Assembly (NCBI GenBank): GCA_965217585.1
Contig: OZ244561.1
Location: forward strand, 5,696,001-5,760,000
DNA: 64,000 nt
Reading direction: 5' to 3'
Source of the DNA: Candidatus Latescibacterota bacterium
GTDB taxonomy: Bacteria > Latescibacterota > UBA2968 > UBA8231
Below, one piece after another: positions 10,460 to 19,312 of the stretch. A program made the position numbers and the translations under genes. Below the pieces are notes generated by a model. The model was not told the DNA's origin. It saw only the letters and a list, made by a program, of their open reading frames with translations, and did no database searches. How positions within the stretch are numbered: the stretch's first letter is position 1; every line of letters begins with the position of its first letter.

Positions 10460-11551
10460 TCAAAAATCCATCGCCGGCGGTCCCGTGTAGCCAATGCTCT
10501 GCCACCCGGCGACATCGCCGCCCGTGAGGCGATAGGGGTGCGGATACAGCTTCAGCGTGCGGTCCGCAAAAGGCAGGGACACCCGCTCGTGCTCCCGATG
10601 GGCCGAGCGCACCAAGGCGATAGCCACTTCGAGCGAGTGGCGATAGTCGTCGCCGCTGCTATACGGCTCGGTGCCGGCCTGATGGGCACGTATCAGGCGC
10701 TCGACCGTATAGGCAAAAGCGTCCGCCGCTGGCTGATCCAAAAAGTCGGGATATACCGGAGAAGCCGCCGCGCCGGTCCCCTCGATTAGCACGGGCCGCG
10801 GGCGCGCCAAAAAGACCTGCCCGCGCTCGCCGCCGACCGAGATAAAGGTTGGCACGCGGCCATCAGGCTCAGGGGCGACGACCTCGCAGACGATGCCGCC
10901 GCTCAGCCCCAAACGACCGTACGCAGGCACATCCCCTTCCTCTACAGGAGTGCCTTTCGCCACGTATCCCGGCACCGCCGGCAAGGTGTACCCTTCCACC
11001 CACTCCACATCCATCCCCGTGAGGATGCGCAGGGCCGCGATCTGCACGCAACCGCCGCCCGATACTTCGGTCGGCAGCCCACCCGGGATCGCCGCCGAGG
11101 TCAGCCGCCCAATGTGCCCCTGCCGCACCCACTCGACCACCTCGGGCATATACGGCGTCGCCCATCCGGCCTGAGCGCAGCCGAACAACGTGCCGTGCTC
11201 TCGGCAGATGCGGATCATTTCGTCCGCCTCGTGTAGCTGGTGAGAAATCGGCTTCTCGCAGGACACGACCCGCACGCCAGCGCGAGCGCAGGTGGTGACG
11301 CAGGGATAGTTCTGGCCCACTGGAACGACTGCGGAGACGATGTCGGGCACTTCGGCCGCCAAAAGGCCGTCGAGATCGTCGTACACCTTCTCCACGCCGT
11401 AGCGCCGGGCGATGGCGTCCCGCCGCTCTCTGGCGCGATCGACGAGGCCGACAATCTCGCAGTTGGGATGGGCGGCATAGGCCCGCGTGTAGTAGCGGCC
11501 CCATGTGCCGGCCGCGCCGACGACGGCCACCCGGTATTGTTTATTAGTCAT
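10460..11551 (-). CDS. Gfo/Idh/MocA family oxidoreductase
   Basis: VAVVGAAGTWG, CEKP motif. Confidence 0.85.
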   Translation of the reverse strand: MTNKQYRVAVVGAAGTWGRYYTRAYAAHPNCEIVGLVDRARERRDAIARRYGVEKVYDDLDGLLAAEVPDIVSAVVPVGQNYPCVTTCARAGVRVVSCEKPISHQLHEADEMIRICREHGTLFGCAQAGWATPYMPEVVEWVRQGHIGRLTSAAIPGGLPTEVSGGGCVQIAALRILTGMDVEWVEGYTLPAVPGYVAKGTPVEEGDVPAYGRLGLSGGIVCEVVAPEPDGRVPTFISVGGERGQVFLARPRPVLIEGTGAAASPVYPDFLDQPAADAFAYTVERLIRAHQAGTEPYSSGDDYRHSLEVAIALVRSAHREHERVSLPFADRTLKLYPHPYRLTGGDVAGWQSIGYTGPPAMDF

Positions 11552-11565
11552 TGTTAGTCTCCTAA

Positions 11566-11594
11566 TTGACGGGGATAGAGGTCGCGGTTATATT
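11566..11594 (+). promoter_or_regulatory. Sigma70-type promoter for the tyrS leader
   Basis: TTGACG(11566-71)-N17-TATATT(11589-94). Confidence 0.75.
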
Positions 11595-11613
11595 TTTGCG
11601 CGGAGAATGAACG

Positions 11614-11673
11614 ATGCAGAACCTACGCGCCGATCGCCACTATTACTATACCCCGCTTCATAGAGAGGGGTAG
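11614..11673 (+). CDS. Putative tyrS attenuator leader peptide MQNLRADRHYYYTPLHREG
   Basis: GGAGA RBS 7 nt upstream; three consecutive Tyr codons TAT TAC TAT (11641-49); lies between the promoter and terminator upstream of tyrS. Confidence 0.75.
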   Translation: MQNLRADRHYYYTPLHREG

Positions 11674-11705
11674 TGCGTTCGCTTTATTGTCTAAACCGCG
11701 TGTAC

Positions 11706-11733
11706 AAGCCCCTGATTACAGGGGCTTTTTTTT
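11706..11733 (+). terminator. Intrinsic terminator (attenuator) upstream of tyrS
   Basis: AAGCCCCTG-ATTA-CAGGGGCTT stem-loop with a T8 tract (11726-33), 23 nt before the tyrS ATG. Confidence 0.85.
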
Positions 11734-11756
11734 GTGCCTATAAATAAGGAAATATA

Positions 11757-13004
11757 ATGAACATCATACCCGATCTTCAATTCCGCGGCTTGATCTACCA
11801 AGCCACTGACCTCAACGGCCTCGCCGCGCGCCTCGCCGCCGGTCCCGTCGTGCTCTACAATGGCTTCGACCCAACCGCCGACAGCCTGACGGTGGGCAAC
11901 CTCGTGCCGATCCTGCTCCTGCGCCGCTTCCAACTCGCCGGCCACAAGGTCATTGCCTTGGCTGGCGGCGGCACCGGCCTGATTGGCGATCCAGGCGGCA
12001 AGACCGAGGAGCGCCAGCTCAATGCCACCGACGTCGTGGCCGAGTGGACGCAGCAGGTCAAAGCCCAGTTAGAGCGCTTCCTCGAATTCGACGGCCCCAA
12101 CCCCGCAGTGATGGTCGATAACCACGCCTGGCTCGGCCAACTCGCGGCCATCGACTTTATGCGCGATGTCGGCAAGCACTTTCCCGTCCCCTACATGCTG
12201 GCCAAGGACTCGGTCGCCTCGCGCTTAGAAACGGGCATTTCCTACACCGAGTTCAGCTACATGGTGCTACAGGCGTATGATTTCTTGGTCCTCAACAAAG
12301 AATACGGCTGCGAGTTGCAGACCGGCGGCTCTGACCAGTGGGGCAATATCACCGCCGGCACCGATCTGGTCCGCCGCTCCGCCGGCAACCGGGCCTTTGG
12401 CCTGACCTGCCCGCTGGTGACCAAAGCAGACGGCACCAAATTCGGCAAGACCGAGGCGGGCACGGTCTGGCTCGACGTTGCTAAGACCTCGGCCTACCAG
12501 TTTTACCAGTTCTGGATCAACGCCGAGGACCAGAAGGTCGTCGATTACCTGAAAACCTACACCTTCTTGGAGCAGGACGCGATCCTCCAACTCGCCGAAA
12601 CCGTCCGCGACCAGCCCGAACGGCGCGAGGCCCAGCGCACCCTCGCTGCCGAGGCAACGACCATGGTGCATGGAGCCGATGCTGCTCGCCGAGCCGAACG
12701 CATCTCACACGCGCTCTTTTACGGGGAGTTTCAGGAGCTATCCGAGGAGGAAATCCTCGAAGGCTTTGACGACGTGCCAACGCACGCGATGGGTCAGGAG
12801 GAACTATGGCTGATCGATCTGCTCGTCGCGGCTGGCGTCTCCTCCTCCAAGCGCCAAGCCCGCCAAGACGTGCAAAACGGCTCAATCTACATCAACGGCG
12901 AGCGCTGCACGGACATGGCGCGGAGCATGCGGTGCCAAGAGGGCCTACACGGCAAATACCTAATCGTGCGCCGGGGCAAGAAGCAGTACACCCTCGTCTG
13001 CTAG
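11757..13004 (+). CDS. tyrS: Tyrosine--tRNA ligase
   Basis: YNGFDPTADSL, GGSDQWGNI, KFGKT (KMSKS-like), C-terminal S4 domain ending RRGKK. Confidence 0.97.
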   Translation: MNIIPDLQFRGLIYQATDLNGLAARLAAGPVVLYNGFDPTADSLTVGNLVPILLLRRFQLAGHKVIALAGGGTGLIGDPGGKTEERQLNATDVVAEWTQQVKAQLERFLEFDGPNPAVMVDNHAWLGQLAAIDFMRDVGKHFPVPYMLAKDSVASRLETGISYTEFSYMVLQAYDFLVLNKEYGCELQTGGSDQWGNITAGTDLVRRSAGNRAFGLTCPLVTKADGTKFGKTEAGTVWLDVAKTSAYQFYQFWINAEDQKVVDYLKTYTFLEQDAILQLAETVRDQPERREAQRTLAAEATTMVHGADAARRAERISHALFYGEFQELSEEEILEGFDDVPTHAMGQEELWLIDLLVAAGVSSSKRQARQDVQNGSIYINGERCTDMARSMRCQEGLHGKYLIVRRGKKQYTLVC

Positions 13005-13069
13005 AAAACGGTGAGAAGGACAACATAGGGCAAGAGGATATCCAGTAAGGAAGGACTGAGAAGGTCCTT

Positions 13070-13408
13070 TTATCCATACACCTTGACTCCAAGCGGGGCA
13101 AAGGATTGGGGGTCAAGATGCCGATCGAGGTCGATTACGGTCACCACTCTGCCAGTAGCGTCCTCCAATTCTTTCATTAGCTCAAGCACAACAGGCGAGC
13201 AACCTGCCACAGCCACGTCAATGTCGGACGACTCTCGCCAAGAATCGGGCGACCGCAGCGAGCCCACAATGTACGCAGCCTCGATTCCGAGCGGCTCCCG
13301 CAGTTCCAACAAGGTACGACGAACGCAGTCGAGCAACTCGGCCTGCTCTGCCGCTAGCCGCTGGCGTCGCGCTCTTATGGCTTCGTCGAGGATACTGGTG
13401 TCGAACAT
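13070..13408 (-). CDS. Minimal nucleotidyltransferase (MNT) domain protein
   Basis: YIVGS...SDIDVAV...IDL pol-beta-like motif; ATG at 13408. Confidence 0.8.
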   Translation of the reverse strand: MFDTSILDEAIRARRQRLAAEQAELLDCVRRTLLELREPLGIEAAYIVGSLRSPDSWRESSDIDVAVAGCSPVVLELMKELEDATGRVVTVIDLDRHLDPQSFAPLGVKVYG

Positions 13409-13424
13409 ACTTTCGCCGCTTGGC

Positions 13425-15218
13425 TTACTCCCACTCCACCGTGCCCGGCGGCTTGTGGGTAATGTCGTAGAAGACTGCTTCAATCCCTGCTAGTGCCAAC
13501 AGCCGCTCGCACACGTCGTCCAAAAACGCCTGCGGCAACGGGCAAAAGCGCGCGGTCATAAAGTCGGAAGTCGCAATCGGCCGCAGCACCACACTCTCTT
13601 GGACTCCATCCGACGACAGCGGCAGCAGCACCGTCGGCATCTGGGTTACTTCCTCCATCAGCCCGTGGCGCTCCAACGCCTCCATGCTGATGGCATCGGC
13701 CCGACGCAGTAGATCGAGCCGGTCGCGGGTCAAATATCCCGCCTTGAGGCTTTGCTGCGGCCGCGGTGCCGGCCCCAGCAGGTAGATCACCCGATTGATC
13801 GACGGGAAGTTATTGGTCAGTTCGGTGGACAGCGCCTCCAGCGTCTTCCACTCGCTCTGGCCAGAAACCACCGCTGGATGCGCGTAGGTCCGCGAATCGC
13901 CCTGCACGCCAACGCTGCGCAGCGGCAGCACATCGAGCGCTAGGCCGAATGTCGCCGCCACCTTCTGCGCCTCAGCGACCGTCTCGAATGCTAAGTTCTC
14001 CGCACTCGACCCCTCGCTACACAAGACCCGCACCGCCAGCCCCGGTCCTGGGAACGGATGCCGCCAGACCAAGTGGTGCGGCAAGCCGAGCGTCTCGCCC
14101 AAGGTCCGCGCCTCGTCCTTGTAGAGCTGATCTAGCGGCTCGACGACCTTGCCCTCAGCCAAGAGCTGATCGATGACGCCGACGCGGTTGTGATGGGTCT
14201 TGATGACCGCCGCATTTTCCGTGCCACCGGACTCGATGGTATCCGTGTAGAGCGTCCCCTGGCCCAACAGCCACTCGTCCGGGTCCAGCGCCAGCGCCGC
14301 CAGCGCCCGGTCGCGGACGCGAATGAACTCCTCGCCGATCTGCAGCCGCTTCTCTTCTGGATCGGCAATCCCCTCCGTGGCGGCGAGGAATTCCGCGCTG
14401 GCATCAACGACTTCCAGATTGTGCAGGCCGGCCCCCTTCATCAGCCGCTCGACCAGCGCGGTCTCGCCCTCGCGCATAAAGCCGTTGTCAATGTGCAAGC
14501 CCAGCACCCGCTCTGGGCCCAAGGCGCGGTTGAGCAAGAGAAACGCCACCGACGAATCGACCCCGCCGCTGACGAACAGAAAGACATTGCGCCCCTTCGC
14601 CTGCTGTTGGATCCGCTCTATCGTTTGCTCGATGTAGCGCTCCATCGTCCAGTTCCGCTCTGCGCTGCACAGCGCGGCGAAGTTATCGAGGATTTCCATG
14701 CCCCGGACGGTGTGCGTTACTTCTGGATGGAACTGCAAGCCGTATATCTTGCGCTCGGCGTCGCCCATTGCCGCCACCGGACAGTCCTCGGTTGCGCCCA
14801 AAACGGCAAACCCGGGTGGCAGAGCCGCAACGTGGTCGCGATGGCTCATCCACACCCGCTCGCGCGCGTCCAACCCGCCTAGTACCCCCTCTGCCTTGTG
14901 GACTTGCAAATAGGCCACGCCAAATTCGTGAGTCGTCCCCCGCTCGACTTGGCCACCCAAGCGGTGGCAGAGCAGTTGGTGGCCGTAGCACAAGCCCAGC
15001 ATCGGCTTGCCCATCGCCAAAATCTCGGGATTGTACGCTGGGGCTTCTGGGTCATAGACGCTGGCCGGGCCGCCCGACAGAATCAGCCCGTCGGCGTCTT
15101 GCAAATCGGCAACCACAGTCTCTGGCGAGCGGATCTCAGCATAAACGCGGAGGCGGCGAATGCGGTTGGCGATTAAGTGGGCGTACTGCCCGCCGAAGTC
15201 GAGAACGACGATGCTCAC
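13425..15218 (-). CDS. guaA: GMP synthase (glutamine-hydrolysing), long form
   Basis: LDFGGQY, GLCYGHQ, QFHPEV, SGGVDS, IKTHHN, RHPFPGPGL, KPPGTVEWE. Confidence 0.97.
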   Translation of the reverse strand: MSIVVLDFGGQYAHLIANRIRRLRVYAEIRSPETVVADLQDADGLILSGGPASVYDPEAPAYNPEILAMGKPMLGLCYGHQLLCHRLGGQVERGTTHEFGVAYLQVHKAEGVLGGLDARERVWMSHRDHVAALPPGFAVLGATEDCPVAAMGDAERKIYGLQFHPEVTHTVRGMEILDNFAALCSAERNWTMERYIEQTIERIQQQAKGRNVFLFVSGGVDSSVAFLLLNRALGPERVLGLHIDNGFMREGETALVERLMKGAGLHNLEVVDASAEFLAATEGIADPEEKRLQIGEEFIRVRDRALAALALDPDEWLLGQGTLYTDTIESGGTENAAVIKTHHNRVGVIDQLLAEGKVVEPLDQLYKDEARTLGETLGLPHHLVWRHPFPGPGLAVRVLCSEGSSAENLAFETVAEAQKVAATFGLALDVLPLRSVGVQGDSRTYAHPAVVSGQSEWKTLEALSTELTNNFPSINRVIYLLGPAPRPQQSLKAGYLTRDRLDLLRRADAISMEALERHGLMEEVTQMPTVLLPLSSDGVQESVVLRPIATSDFMTARFCPLPQAFLDDVCERLLALAGIEAVFYDITHKPPGTVEWE

Positions 15219-15221
15219 GAT

Positions 15222-15767
15222 TTATACCTGTCCTTTCAGGCTACCCCACGAAATGGGTGCAACATTCGTCTGCTCAGCAGTAAGATACAAGCCAGCGCCC
15301 ATGTAATAGGACGTGCCCTCAATCTCGATGGGGGCCACGTAGCTTACCTTGGGAGATTCGTCGGCTCCTTCTATCGCTGGATTATCCCAGAGGTATTCCA
15401 CAAAACCGCCCCCGGCTTGTGCCGCCGCGATATTCTGCTGCGTGATCTTAACGCCATTGCTGTCCTCTTGGTCGATATTATTGGTGCCTTCGCGCGAGGG
15501 GATGGTAGCGTGAAAGAAGCTCGTGCCGTCGAAATCAGTGATGAAAATATAAATCGGCCCATATCTCCATTCTTCGTCGGTCCTGAAGGTTTCCAGAATG
15601 GCCGTCCGTGCCGCCTCATCTTGCGCAGACTCCAGTAAGCTCTTCGCTTCCAGCACGAAATTTTTCAGCGTCTCCCGATCTACCACGTCGCTTGCAGCGG
15701 CAGCGGCTTTTTCTACTCCGCCGAGCAGCCCTATCGCAATTAGGACCAATGACAACTTTCGGATCAT
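15222..15767 (-). CDS. Secreted single Cache-domain protein with C-terminal SWGxLK motif
   Basis: Signal peptide; YIFITDFDG...H...DSNG...GGGFVEYLW...KVSY Cache pattern; ends TNVAPISWGSLKGQV. Confidence 0.75.
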   Translation of the reverse strand: MIRKLSLVLIAIGLLGGVEKAAAAASDVVDRETLKNFVLEAKSLLESAQDEAARTAILETFRTDEEWRYGPIYIFITDFDGTSFFHATIPSREGTNNIDQEDSNGVKITQQNIAAAQAGGGFVEYLWDNPAIEGADESPKVSYVAPIEIEGTSYYMGAGLYLTAEQTNVAPISWGSLKGQV

Positions 15768-15897
15768 AGTTTACTCCTCTTAGTAGTTAATGCGTTCTGC
15801 GTTCAGTTACGATCAGTACGTAAAGGGGCTTTAGGCATATAGTCAAGGCACGGCGGGAGCCTTTTCTCACGCCTCCACCGGACTATATTTGGTCGCT

Positions 15898-17193
15898 ATG
15901 ACCTCCTCGCATCCACCCACCCCATCCGAACGCCTGCGTCCCGAGTTGGGGCTAATCGGCACCATCGCCCTCGGCTTGGGATCGATCGTCGGCACCGGCG
16001 TCTTTGTCAGCATTGGGATCGGCGCTGGCATCGCTGGACCGGCGGTTCTGGTCGCCATCGCCATCGCGGCGCTGGTCGCTCTTTGCAACGGCCTGTCCAG
16101 CGCCCAGCTCGCCGCCAGTCATCCGCTCAGCGGTGGCACGTATCAATACGGCTATGAGTATGCTTCACCAGCCATCGGCTTTACTGCCGGATGGATGTTC
16201 CTTTGTGCCAAGAGCGCGACCGCGGCCACCGCGGCGATGGGCCTGGCCGGCTACCTGCTCAACGCGCTAGATCAAACCGGATTGATTGCCCCGGTCGCCC
16301 TAGCAGCCGTGTTAGCGCTCACCCTTATCTCTCTCTTGGGCATCAACCGCACCAACAAGGTCAACATCGCCATCGTCGCCGCGACACTTTGCTCGCTACT
16401 CGTCTTCATCGTCGCTGGCACGCCCAGTGCTCTGCACAACCTGCGCCTGACCCCTTTCTTGGGCGACGACGGCTGGTCGGCTCTGTTGCAAGCCAGCGCC
16501 TTGATGTTCGTCGCCTATACGGGCTACGGTCGCATCGCCACGCTTGGCGAAGAAGTGCGCCAACCCCGCAAGACGATCCCCCGAGCCATCGTCGCCGCGC
16601 TGCTCATCGCCATGATGCTCTACATCGGCGTCGGTGCTGTCGCCATAGCCGCTGTAGGATCGGAGACGTTCTATGCGACCACCATGGACAAGGCCGCTCC
16701 CCTAAAGGTCATCGCCCGGACCTTTGACGTACCCAGCGTCTCTTGGATCCTAGCCTTGGGGGCTATCACCGCTATGGCCGGGGTGCTGCTCAACCTGATC
16801 CTCGGTCTGTCGCGGGTCCTGCTGGCTATGGGTCGCCAAGGGGATATGCCCCGGGCGCTTGCCCGCCTCAATCGAGATCAGACTACGCCCTCCATTGCCG
16901 TGGTGGTCGTCGGACTGGCTATTGCCGGGCTAGTCCTCGTAGGCGACATCAAGACCACTTGGTCCTTTAGCGCCTTCTCCATTCTGGTCTATTACGCCAT
17001 TACCAACTTCTGCGCCCTGCGCTTGCCGGCCGCCCAGCGGCTCTATCCCCGGTGGGTGGCCTTAGTGGGCCTAGTCGCCTGCTTAGGGCTGGCGTTTTTC
17101 GTCGAGCGCACAATCTGGCTCAGTGGGTTGGGGCTACTCTTGCTTGGCTGGTGCTGGCACCGCGTGGCGCAGCACCGCATGACGGAACTATAA
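15898..17193 (+). CDS. APC family amino acid permease
   Basis: GSIVGTGVF, GGTYQY, FVAYTGYG...EEV; many hydrophobic segments. Confidence 0.9.
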   Translation: MTSSHPPTPSERLRPELGLIGTIALGLGSIVGTGVFVSIGIGAGIAGPAVLVAIAIAALVALCNGLSSAQLAASHPLSGGTYQYGYEYASPAIGFTAGWMFLCAKSATAATAAMGLAGYLLNALDQTGLIAPVALAAVLALTLISLLGINRTNKVNIAIVAATLCSLLVFIVAGTPSALHNLRLTPFLGDDGWSALLQASALMFVAYTGYGRIATLGEEVRQPRKTIPRAIVAALLIAMMLYIGVGAVAIAAVGSETFYATTMDKAAPLKVIARTFDVPSVSWILALGAITAMAGVLLNLILGLSRVLLAMGRQGDMPRALARLNRDQTTPSIAVVVVGLAIAGLVLVGDIKTTWSFSAFSILVYYAITNFCALRLPAAQRLYPRWVALVGLVACLGLAFFVERTIWLSGLGLLLLGWCWHRVAQHRMTEL

Positions 17194-17256
17194 ATAGATT
17201 TGGTAGTTGTTATAGGATTGCAAAACAGATACTCGCGTACCCTGTTGCCCCTAATC

Positions 17257-18642
17257 AGTTGAATTCGACAGGTAGGTGTATTATACCGATTTGACTTTTT
17301 AGTGTCCTAATTACCCTCTTCTCTTGGGGGAGACTTATTAGGACAGACGATTAGCAAAACGGTATTACGCGGCCTTTCTGTAGGTTCGTTTTTGGTTATG
17401 TTCAATCTGTTGTCGAGCACTCTGCCAAGCAAAATTTCGCTTGAGGGTAAACGCACTCCACGGTCCTTGGTGGGGAATCTCCCGATGCCGAAGATGGATC
17501 AAAACCAAGTAGGCCATAACAGACAACGCGACGGAGCGTTCGACTCGTTGGGTCTGCTTGGTCACCTGGGCTTGTCCTAATCCGGTGGCCCCTTTCAATT
17601 CTTTGATGAGCAGTTCTACGTGCCAGCGGCGGGTATACAGCACGACGAGTTGGCCTGCGGTCACGTCCGGTAGATTGGTCACCAGGATTTTGGTTTGTTT
17701 CGGCGAATCGTTGCGCCGTTTCTTGCTCAAGACCAACGTGACATCTCCGATGTGTCGCAGGCGTTTACGACCGCGGTAGACCCAATAGACCCGCCGACGG
17801 GAGCCGTGCGGACGAAACCAGATTTTTCGATAACAGGTGTAGCGCGTGTGATTGACCCAATCTTTGAGCGTATGGCCGTCTTCAAACTTCCAGGTGCGGG
17901 GCAAACTCATGACGAAAAAGAAGCCCCGTTGCTGGATCAAGTGCAGCGTTTCTTTAGCGGGAAACCCGGCATCGGCGACCACGATCACTTGCTGGGCCCA
18001 AGCCGGTGGCACCAAAGCGGCCAGCATCTGACGAAACAACACATTGGGCTTCTGATAGGCCGGGTCTTCTTTACGCCGAACCAACTCGAAATCGATAGGG
18101 ATTCGATAATTGCCCCACTGCAGCATGACCAGGATCACTTCAAACCCCCACAGAAAGGGACTATAGCCATTGGCGCGGGCTTTGCGCACCAACGGATGTT
18201 TCTTGGCCACCTTGGCTTTGTAGGTCCCGTCGACGATCACTAACACCCGACCGTCTTCCGCCGGTGGCAGCCCGGCGATCACCGCATCGACCAAGTACCC
18301 CAACAGCAACCGCCAACTCCAGTAGGTCGCATACAGCAACCGACGTAAGTGCCATTCCGCTATATGGTTAGGACCCAGGCGGGCTAAACCACACAGCGTC
18401 GCTTTATCTTGATAGATTAACAACAGCGTCATACTCCAACAGAACACCAGATGATGGCGATGACGAAAAAAATGTTGAGTCCCACGCAAAAAATAACGAA
18501 GGTTGACCGGCAAGCGAGTTAGTTGCAGCATCGGAGTTTCCCTGGGGTAGATGATCCATGGCGGTGAATCAAGCTATCCCAAAATAGGGAGACTCCGATG
18601 CCTGTTCGAGCCTAAATATCAACCTACCTGTCGAATTCAACT
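17257..18642 (-). mobile_element. Insertion sequence (IS4/IS701-like DDE), ~1.39 kb
   Basis: Perfect 21-bp terminal inverted repeats AGTTGAATTCGACAGGTAGGT (17257-77) / ACCTACCTGTCGAATTCAACT (18622-42) around a transposase; possible short ATC target duplication, ambiguous. Confidence 0.88.
17365..18531 (-). CDS. DDE transposase
   Basis: VIVDGT, VADAGF, YTRRWHVELLIKELK (YREK-like) motifs. Confidence 0.9.
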   Translation of the reverse strand: MLQLTRLPVNLRYFLRGTQHFFRHRHHLVFCWSMTLLLIYQDKATLCGLARLGPNHIAEWHLRRLLYATYWSWRLLLGYLVDAVIAGLPPAEDGRVLVIVDGTYKAKVAKKHPLVRKARANGYSPFLWGFEVILVMLQWGNYRIPIDFELVRRKEDPAYQKPNVLFRQMLAALVPPAWAQQVIVVADAGFPAKETLHLIQQRGFFFVMSLPRTWKFEDGHTLKDWVNHTRYTCYRKIWFRPHGSRRRVYWVYRGRKRLRHIGDVTLVLSKKRRNDSPKQTKILVTNLPDVTAGQLVVLYTRRWHVELLIKELKGATGLGQAQVTKQTQRVERSVALSVMAYLVLIHLRHREIPHQGPWSAFTLKRNFAWQSARQQIEHNQKRTYRKAA

Positions 18643-18667
18643 TATCAGTACTTCAGGAGAAGCTCCT

Positions 18668-19264
18668 ATGCCTATCTCTCGTCTGATTTGGATCGTCCTG
18701 CTGACGAGCGGCATCGCCGCCGCCGACCAAGGCCCCTTGGCCAACCGGGGCGACTGGGCGTTGGGCGTGGCCTTGCCCTCTAGCGGCGGAAGCAGTTTTA
18801 GCCTGTGGAAAATCCGCTCTCCCACCACCGCTGTGGGCTTGGAAATAGGTGTTTCGTGGAGCTACGCCGATTCCACCCTCAACGCCGATGACTTCGCTCC
18901 GACCAGTCTCCAAAAGCATTACCTATCGCTGTTCCTGCGTCCTACTATCAAGCACTATCGTCCGCTGCACGACCGAATCGCCCCTTTTACGTACGGCCAA
19001 GTCGAAGCCGGTTTTCGGGGCTACAAACGGGATTCTCCACATAGGCAGAACGGCAGCAGCGGAGGCAATATAGGGCTAACACTGGGTTTGGGAGTCGAAT
19101 GGTTCCCGTTCCAACGCATCAGCTTGGGCGGTCAGACCGGGCTGAGACTGGGCTACAGCTACAGGCAGTACGATACTAGGGGCTATAGTAACGATTCTAG
19201 TAGCAATTGGTCCCTGTACCTAAGAACCTTCCAATCGGAGGTGAAGGCATTGATGTATTTTTGA
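18668..19264 (+). CDS. Putative outer-membrane beta-barrel protein (paralog A)
   Basis: AGGAGA RBS, signal peptide, amphipathic strands, GLGVEWFP, terminal YF. Confidence 0.72.
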   Translation: MPISRLIWIVLLTSGIAAADQGPLANRGDWALGVALPSSGGSSFSLWKIRSPTTAVGLEIGVSWSYADSTLNADDFAPTSLQKHYLSLFLRPTIKHYRPLHDRIAPFTYGQVEAGFRGYKRDSPHRQNGSSGGNIGLTLGLGVEWFPFQRISLGGQTGLRLGYSYRQYDTRGYSNDSSSNWSLYLRTFQSEVKALMYF

Positions 19265-19312
19265 TGAAAGGCGATGCCGCCACTTATCACTCTCCACTAT
19301 TTGAGCGATGCG

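Noticed and set aside
11595-11735. T-box riboswitch upstream of tyrS
   Set aside because: No GGTGGNACC T-box motif and the leader is too short for stem I; a leader-peptide attenuator fits better
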